From NCBI GenBank assembly GCA_945878405.1, contig CAMCTJ010000001.1, forward strand, positions 70,304-134,303: a stretch of DNA of 64,000 nucleotides, written 5' to 3'. Position numbers and translations under genes: made by a program. The DNA comes from Bdellovibrio sp. ZAP7. GTDB taxonomy: Bacteria; Bdellovibrionota; FAC87; UBA2466. The notes under the pieces are model-generated. The model saw nothing but the letters and a program-made list of their open reading frames with translations. It was not told the origin of the DNA and ran no database searches. Of the stretch, positions 58,205-64,000 are shown piece by piece. Within the stretch, counting starts at the first letter, position 1. Each line of letters starts with the position of its first letter.

Positions 58205-60040
58205 ATGTCACACACGAACGACAAAATTCGCAATATTGCCATTATTGCCCACGTTGACCATGGCAAAACCACTTTGGTGGACGGGCTCCTCTGGCAAGCT
58301 GGTACTTTTCGCCAGAACCAGCAGGTAGCTGAACGAGCCATGGACAGTCTCGATCTCGAAAAAGAGCGCGGGATTACTCTGGTCGCTAAAAACGGATCCG
58401 TTATTTATAAGGGCGTTCGAGTAAACCTAGTAGACACCCCTGGCCACGCTGATTTCGGAGGTGAGGTTGAGCGCGGATTAGAAATGGTCGACGGAGTTCT
58501 TCTTCTGGTCGATGCAGCTGAGGGTCCACTCCCTCAAACTCGATTTGTTCTTAAGCACGCCATGGAACGCGATTTAAAAATCGTGGTCGTCATGAATAAG
58601 ATCGACCGACCCGATGCGCGGCCCAAAGAAGTTCTCGATGAAGTTTACGGTTTGTTTTTAGATTTAGATGCGAAAGATCACCAAATTGACTTTCCCATTA
58701 TTTACACGAATGCGCGAAAGAGAATCGCGGTAAAAGACCCCGAAGACCGAGAAAACGGAAAAGATCTCACATTACTTTTCGATGCTATCTTAGAACATAT
58801 TCCCGGACCAAAAATTGAAGAAGGTCCGCTTCGAATGTTAATCACCAATACGAATTATAGTGATTACCTAGGCCGTTTGGCTGTTGGAAAAATTTTTTCG
58901 GGACAAGTAAAAATCGGAGACAAGGTCATTCTTTGCCAAGAAAATGGCGCCTCCCCTGAGACAAAGATTACTGCTCTTTTTGCCTACGAAGGACTGAAGA
59001 CTGTACCCGTTGAAGTAGCCGGCGCTGGAGACATTGCGATTGTCGCCGGAATTGAAGAACTTAAAATCGGAGATACGGTTTGTGAGGCAGGAAAGCCCGA
59101 ACCTCTAAAACGTATTTACGTTGAACAGCCCACCATTTCGATTGAGATGCTCGTCAATGGCTCTCCCACAGCGGGCAGAGATGGGAATCGTTTAACTTCC
59201 AGAGTGCTTTGGGATCGTATTGAGAAAGAATTAAGAACCAACGTTTCTTTACTTGCGGAACGCGGACAAACCAGTGACGTAATTATTTTGAGAGGTCGCG
59301 GAGAACTTCAGTTTGCAGTGCTTGCTGAACAAATGCGTCGAGAAGGCTTTGAGTTCATGTTGGGAAGACCTAAAGTAATCAATCGCGATAATAATGGGGT
59401 TTTAGAAGAGCCTCTAGAACACGTCGTTATGGATATCCCTGAAAACTGTGTGGGCGCCGTCACAGAAAAGTTAGGCATTCGAAAAGGGGAGATGACCAAC
59501 CTTCAGAAAATGGGAGCTGATCGAGTCCGTTTGGAGTTTGATATTCCTTCACGAGGTCTGATTGGTTTTAGAGCTCAATTTCTGAATGACACTCGCGGAC
59601 TTGGATTGATGAGTTCCTATTTTAATGGATACATTCCTCATAAAGGGCACATCATTGATCGTATCAATGGAGCCTTGGTTGCGGATCGTCCTGGTAAAAC
59701 CACTCCTTACGCTATTTTTAATCTCGAAGATCGTGGGAAAATGCTGGTTAAAGAAGGCACTGAGGTCTACGAAGGCATGATCATCGGGGAGAATAATCGC
59801 CCCAATGATATTAACGTAGACATTACCCGCGAGAAAAAGCTTACGAATATCCGAGCTGCAGGAAGCGATGAAAACATCATCTTGACCCCTGTTCCCGCGC
59901 TCACTTTGGAATGGTGCATTGCCTGGTTAGCAGATGACGAAGTCGTTGAAGTGACCCCAAATCACTTACGTTTGAGAAAGCGCGTCCTTGCGTCCAATAA
60001 ACGTTCCATCATCCGAACGCCTAAAGACGAAAAAGACTGA
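58205..60040 (+). CDS. typA: translational GTPase TypA/BipA
   Basis: [42 protein letters not shown]. Confidence 0.97.
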   Translation: MSHTNDKIRNIAIIAHVDHGKTTLVDGLLWQAGTFRQNQQVAERAMDSLDLEKERGITLVAKNGSVIYKGVRVNLVDTPGHADFGGEVERGLEMVDGVLLLVDAAEGPLPQTRFVLKHAMERDLKIVVVMNKIDRPDARPKEVLDEVYGLFLDLDAKDHQIDFPIIYTNARKRIAVKDPEDRENGKDLTLLFDAILEHIPGPKIEEGPLRMLITNTNYSDYLGRLAVGKIFSGQVKIGDKVILCQENGASPETKITALFAYEGLKTVPVEVAGAGDIAIVAGIEELKIGDTVCEAGKPEPLKRIYVEQPTISIEMLVNGSPTAGRDGNRLTSRVLWDRIEKELRTNVSLLAERGQTSDVIILRGRGELQFAVLAEQMRREGFEFMLGRPKVINRDNNGVLEEPLEHVVMDIPENCVGAVTEKLGIRKGEMTNLQKMGADRVRLEFDIPSRGLIGFRAQFLNDTRGLGLMSSYFNGYIPHKGHIIDRINGALVADRPGKTTPYAIFNLEDRGKMLVKEGTEVYEGMIIGENNRPNDINVDITREKKLTNIRAAGSDENIILTPVPALTLEWCIAWLADDEVVEVTPNHLRLRKRVLASNKRSIIRTPKDEKD

Positions 60041-60091
60041 TCTCCACTTCTTGCCTTAATTTTCTGAAAAATCTATAATTTAGGATACTTT

Positions 60092-61222
60092 ATGGCTACG
60101 TCTGTCGACATTCGAAAACAAATTGGTCAACTCTTCTTAGTAGGTTTTGACGGTTACACTGTTCCCGCAGATTTCAAAAAAGCGATTCAAGAATTCAATA
60201 TCGGTGGAACCATTTACTTCCGGAGAAATGCTGAATCTCCAGTTCAACTAGCAATGCTGTCGAATAGCCTTCAGTTTGAGTGTCGCTTGAAAGATTCCCC
60301 CCCTCTCCTCATTTCCATTGATCATGAGGGAGGAAAAGTGAATCGCCTTTCTCCACCTTTTACACAATTTCCAGGAATGGACCTCGTTGGCGAAATCGGT
60401 TCTCCCAAATTGGCCTTTCATTTGGGGCTAGCAATGGGAGAAGAACTGACAGCGATTGGTGTGAACGTCGACTTTGCTCCAGTAGCAGACGTACTGACGA
60501 ACCCCAATAATCCCATTATGGCAGGGAGAGCTTTTTCTTCCGATCCTGAAATGTGCGCCAAGATGGGCTCAGGAGTCTGTCGTGGTTTACAAAAAGCTGG
60601 GGTTGCAGCAGTAGCTAAACATTTCCCCGGACATGGAGACACTACAGAGGATTCTCACTTAACTCTTCCCTTTGTGGATAGAAATTTTGATGACTGTGAA
60701 AAAATCGAATTCATACCCTTTCGTCGATTAATCAGAAGCCGAGTCGAAGCTATCATGACGGCTCATTTGATTAATAAGAGTCTGGATCCCGATTTGCCAG
60801 CTACACTTTCTCCCAAAATTATTAATGATATTTTGAGAGCTCAACTCAGATTCCAAAAAGTCGTTTTTTCAGATGATATGGAAATGAAAGCAATTGCTGA
60901 TAACTACGGAGTCGAGGAGTCGGCGGTTATGGCCATTCAAGCTGGCTGTGACATGCTCATCTACCGAGGCGATGCGGGATTTCCAGTGGCTGCGTATGAA
61001 GCTTTAGTCAAAGCAGTAGAGAATAAAAAGATCTCCAAAGAGCGCATTGAAGTTTCTGCTCAAAGAGTTCTGAATTTGAAAAAGGGCTATGCAACTCAGC
61101 AGCGCCCAATCGAGATGGCTCAACTTGAAAAAATGATCGGCACTCCAGAACACTTAGCTCTTGCACAAGCAATCGCAAAAAAAGAAATGCCCCAGTTTTT
61201 AGAGGGTCAAGACGAAGAATAA
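60092..61222 (+). CDS. nagZ: beta-N-acetylhexosaminidase (GH3)
   Basis: IDHEGGKVNR, KHFPGHG..EDSH, SDDMEM; TTGCCT-N17-TATAAT promoter upstream. Confidence 0.92.
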   Translation: MATSVDIRKQIGQLFLVGFDGYTVPADFKKAIQEFNIGGTIYFRRNAESPVQLAMLSNSLQFECRLKDSPPLLISIDHEGGKVNRLSPPFTQFPGMDLVGEIGSPKLAFHLGLAMGEELTAIGVNVDFAPVADVLTNPNNPIMAGRAFSSDPEMCAKMGSGVCRGLQKAGVAAVAKHFPGHGDTTEDSHLTLPFVDRNFDDCEKIEFIPFRRLIRSRVEAIMTAHLINKSLDPDLPATLSPKIINDILRAQLRFQKVVFSDDMEMKAIADNYGVEESAVMAIQAGCDMLIYRGDAGFPVAAYEALVKAVENKKISKERIEVSAQRVLNLKKGYATQQRPIEMAQLEKMIGTPEHLALAQAIAKKEMPQFLEGQDEE

Positions 61223-61226
61223 ATCG

Positions 61227-61871
61227 TCAGCAAGTTGAAAACAAATCTGGCTGTTCCAGAGATTGCTCTAGGCGACTGCACACGTAATCAAAATCTTCTT
61301 TTCTGTTTTTGAGATCGAGATTGTCGGCTTGGACCGTTAAAACTTTTCCAATTTGGTATTTCTCTATCCACTCGTCGTAGCAAACATTGAGTTGATCCAA
61401 GTAAGAATCAGGGATGTTTTTTTCGTAATCCCTTCCTCTTTGAGCAATTCTTTCCTGCAGACAGGGAACTGAACGCCTCATATAAACCACCAAATCGGGT
61501 GGCGGCAGAAGCTGAGTCATCGTGCTGTACAACTCATAATAATTTTCGTAATCGCGCTTTTCCATCTTGCCACTTTCATAAAGTGCTCTTGCAAAAATAT
61601 GCGCATCTTCGTAAATGGAACGATCTTGGATAGCGGAGCTGGGCCCATAAACAATTTTTTGATGGGCTTGAAAGCGCTTGGAAAGAAAGAAAACCTGCAG
61701 CTGCAAAGACCACCGAGGCATGTTTTCGTAAAAATCCGCCAAATAGGGATTCTCCGCAACGACTTCAAAGTGAGGTTCCCAGCGATATCTCTCTGCTAAA
61801 AGCTGAGTCAAAGTGGTTTTACCCGAACCAATATTTCCTGCAATCACGATAAAACGCTTCGAATTCGCCAT
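61227..61871 (-). CDS. deoxynucleoside kinase
   Basis: GNIGSGKTT, DRSIYED, RGRDYE. Confidence 0.92.
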   Translation of the reverse strand: MANSKRFIVIAGNIGSGKTTLTQLLAERYRWEPHFEVVAENPYLADFYENMPRWSLQLQVFFLSKRFQAHQKIVYGPSSAIQDRSIYEDAHIFARALYESGKMEKRDYENYYELYSTMTQLLPPPDLVVYMRRSVPCLQERIAQRGRDYEKNIPDSYLDQLNVCYDEWIEKYQIGKVLTVQADNLDLKNRKEDFDYVCSRLEQSLEQPDLFSTC

Positions 61872-61966
61872 GCCTTTTTCTTACTTGGCTCGTTTAAGAA
61901 GGTCAAAGGGTCAGCGTCGTCTGAATACGACTTGGCGTATTAAAAAGAAATGAGTAATTTGTTCGG

Positions 61967-63022
61967 GTGTTAAAAGAAAGAAATAAAAAGGGAGACGCCT
62001 TTGGTGTCCATCGAGTTTTAGATTCCTCAGCCACCCTTCCTCAGGCTGCTGAGCGTCTGGATAATAGCCTTCCCGTTTATAACAATGAAATTTTGATCGA
62101 GGTTGAACGCCTCAACATCGATGCAGCCAGCTTCGTTCAAATGGAAAAAGAAACGGCAGGGAACGCTGAGCGAATTGGCGAAATCATCTTGGAAAATTGT
62201 AGAACGCGGGGAAAACAACAGAACCGCGTAACCGGATCGGGAGGAATGCTTGTTGGTCGGGTAAAGCAAATAGGTTCTCGTTATTCAGGTCCCTTGAAAT
62301 TCAAGGTGGGAGATCGCATTGCAACCCTGGTTTCTCTTACCTTAACCCCCTTACATCTTGAAAAAATTACTTCTATCGACCTGAAAACCCATCAAATTGC
62401 CGCGACAGGTCATGCTGTTTTATTTGAAACGGGGATGGCAACCAAAATCCCTACTGATTTACCCGAAAAAATGGCCATGGCACTTTTCGATGTAGCTGGA
62501 GCCCCTGCGTTGGTTCACGCAACAGCTCGAAAAGGCCAAAGTCTCCTCGTTATTGGAGCCGGAGGAAAAGCGGGTGTCTTAAGCTGCGTTGCTGGGCGTA
62601 ATAAAGTAGGGCCCAAGGGAAAAATTTTTGCGATTGAACCGCACCCTCAGGCAGCCAAGGACCTCAAAAAGCTGGGAGTCTGTGATGCGGTTTGGTCTGT
62701 AGACGCCACCGATCCCTTGGCCGTGCGCAGAATGGTAGAGAAGGCAACGCGTGGTAAACTATGTGATGTAATCATCAACGTTGCAAGCGTTCCCAATACC
62801 GAAGTCAGCGCTTTAATCAGTTGCGGTTTAACAGGAAAAATCATTTTTTTTAGCATGGCCACTTCGTTCACCAAGGTTGCCTTAGGGGCGGAGGGCATCA
62901 GTTCTTCGGCAGAACTTCTTTTTGGTAATGGTTACTACCCAAAACATGCCGAATTTGTAGTGAAACTTGCTAGAGAAAATGAACACTTGAGAAAACTTTT
63001 CATCAGCCGCTACGATCACTAA
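61967..63022 (+). CDS. kdd: L-erythro-3,5-diaminohexanoate dehydrogenase
   Basis: GVHRV...LPQAA.RLDN, NIDAASF, NRVTGSGGML, LVSLTLTPL, FFSMATSF, GNGY. Confidence 0.85.
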   Translation: MLKERNKKGDAFGVHRVLDSSATLPQAAERLDNSLPVYNNEILIEVERLNIDAASFVQMEKETAGNAERIGEIILENCRTRGKQQNRVTGSGGMLVGRVKQIGSRYSGPLKFKVGDRIATLVSLTLTPLHLEKITSIDLKTHQIAATGHAVLFETGMATKIPTDLPEKMAMALFDVAGAPALVHATARKGQSLLVIGAGGKAGVLSCVAGRNKVGPKGKIFAIEPHPQAAKDLKKLGVCDAVWSVDATDPLAVRRMVEKATRGKLCDVIINVASVPNTEVSALISCGLTGKIIFFSMATSFTKVALGAEGISSSAELLFGNGYYPKHAEFVVKLARENEHLRKLFISRYDH

Positions 63023-63042
63023 AGCCAACCAGGAGAAATCCG

Positions 63043-64000
63043 ATGCAAGGCTCCCTTTGTGAAGTCATCGCTCTCGGCGAATTCAGCCCTTGGGCGAAAC
63101 AGTTATTAAATCACTGGCAATCAGACGACCTGATACAGATTTCATTTGAAAGTAGCATTGCAAGTTTTTGCAACCGCGCGCCTAGCTCGCAAAAAGTGCA
63201 GATTGTGATGATGGAAAACGGACCTGCGAGCAAAACAGGAATTTCACTCTTGCGATCATCTCCCCATGATTTGCTGATTGTCTGGATGGGGCAATCCTTC
63301 ACAAAAGAAGATTGTTCCTTCGCTCTTGAAAACAAATTATTTGGCATCATGGAAAACCCCCAGCTCTCAGATAAAAAAGCACAGGATCTTCTCGTTCGCG
63401 CAGCGGAAATGCGCTCGCAGAAAAATCAATTAACTCACCTGATCCACTCTCTAAAAGGTCTTATTCTTCAATCAGAATCTAAAAACACTGATCAGGAATT
63501 GGTTTCAGAAATGAAAACCGGCCTGGGCAAAGTGGAAAAACTGGTTCACCAATCAAACGTTCATTCGGGATCTTCGATTTTACCTTTAGCCCAGTCACAA
63601 GGGTTAGGAGATGTTCTTCTCACGCTTTCCGAACTTGAAAGAACGGGCACTCTCTGGATTCGAGGTGCGCAATCAGGCCAGGAAGGAAAAGTTGATTTTC
63701 TTCAAGGAAAAATTACATTCGCAGAAACGGGTTCGGTCCAACAGCTAAAGGCTATTTACCGAATGTTTAGTTGGGATACTCCTCGATTTCTTTTTAATCG
63801 CAAAGCCCCAGAGGCCTACGAAAATGGGCAATTGATTCCTCTTGAGATGGGTTTATTGGTTCAAGAAGGGGAAAAACAAGCCCAAAGATATAAAAGGATC
63901 CAAAAACAAATTCCCCCTCTCGAATTGAAAGTAGACTTTGTGGCGCAATCTCTCACCGTTAAAACCGCCCTATCACCCAATGATTTTCACACCCTGGTTC
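63043..64000 (+). CDS. DUF4388 (PatA_N-like) domain protein with degenerate N-terminal receiver-like region (partial, runs off window end)
   Basis: AGGAG SD, ATG 63043, open to the end; LGDVLLTLSELERTGTLWI..GKVDFLQGKITFAE..AIYRMFSW; not in ORF track. Confidence 0.75.
   Translation, partial: MQGSLCEVIALGEFSPWAKQLLNHWQSDDLIQISFESSIASFCNRAPSSQKVQIVMMENGPASKTGISLLRSSPHDLLIVWMGQSFTKEDCSFALENKLFGIMENPQLSDKKAQDLLVRAAEMRSQKNQLTHLIHSLKGLILQSESKNTDQELVSEMKTGLGKVEKLVHQSNVHSGSSILPLAQSQGLGDVLLTLSELERTGTLWIRGAQSGQEGKVDFLQGKITFAETGSVQQLKAIYRMFSWDTPRFLFNRKAPEAYENGQLIPLEMGLLVQEGEKQAQRYKRIQKQIPPLELKVDFVAQSLTVKTALSPNDFHTLV

Overview
A gene-dense bacterial chromosomal segment of moderate GC. It most resembles Bdellovibrionota or former Deltaproteobacteria (inference from the short flagellin, TIGR04552-like protein, DUF1844, GYF and DUF4388 proteins, solo mreB, solo cpaF and a PEGA-containing Ser/Thr kinase). 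Mostly housekeeping: the end of a cytochrome c oxidase operon, icd-mdh-sucCD-ndk, plsY, plsB, trmFO, tolQRAB, mreB, rocD, an lptM-like gene followed by dapF-dapA-dapB-dapL, acs, typA, nagZ, the lysine-degradation genes kce and kdd, and three tRNAs (Arg-UCG, Ser-GCU, Ser-UGA). I saw no CRISPR array, integrase, transposase or prophage. The best candidates for undescribed biology are: (1) a tandemly duplicated, translationally coupled module of a TPR-like/winged-helix regulator plus a secreted beta-rich protein (872-5251); (2) a Cys-rich leader-like ORF ending in PPPR, then a structured spacer, then a secreted metallothionein-like peptide (24711-25419); (3) a ~220-nt structured RNA candidate bounded by a promoter and terminator, with six CATC copies (19004-19260); (4) pervasive -10 boxes only 6-10 nt before SD-less start codons, suggesting leaderless mRNAs; (5) several catalytically degenerate signalling proteins. 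All family assignments are motif recognition by eye, not database searches. Several starts were moved from the ORF track, as noted per feature.
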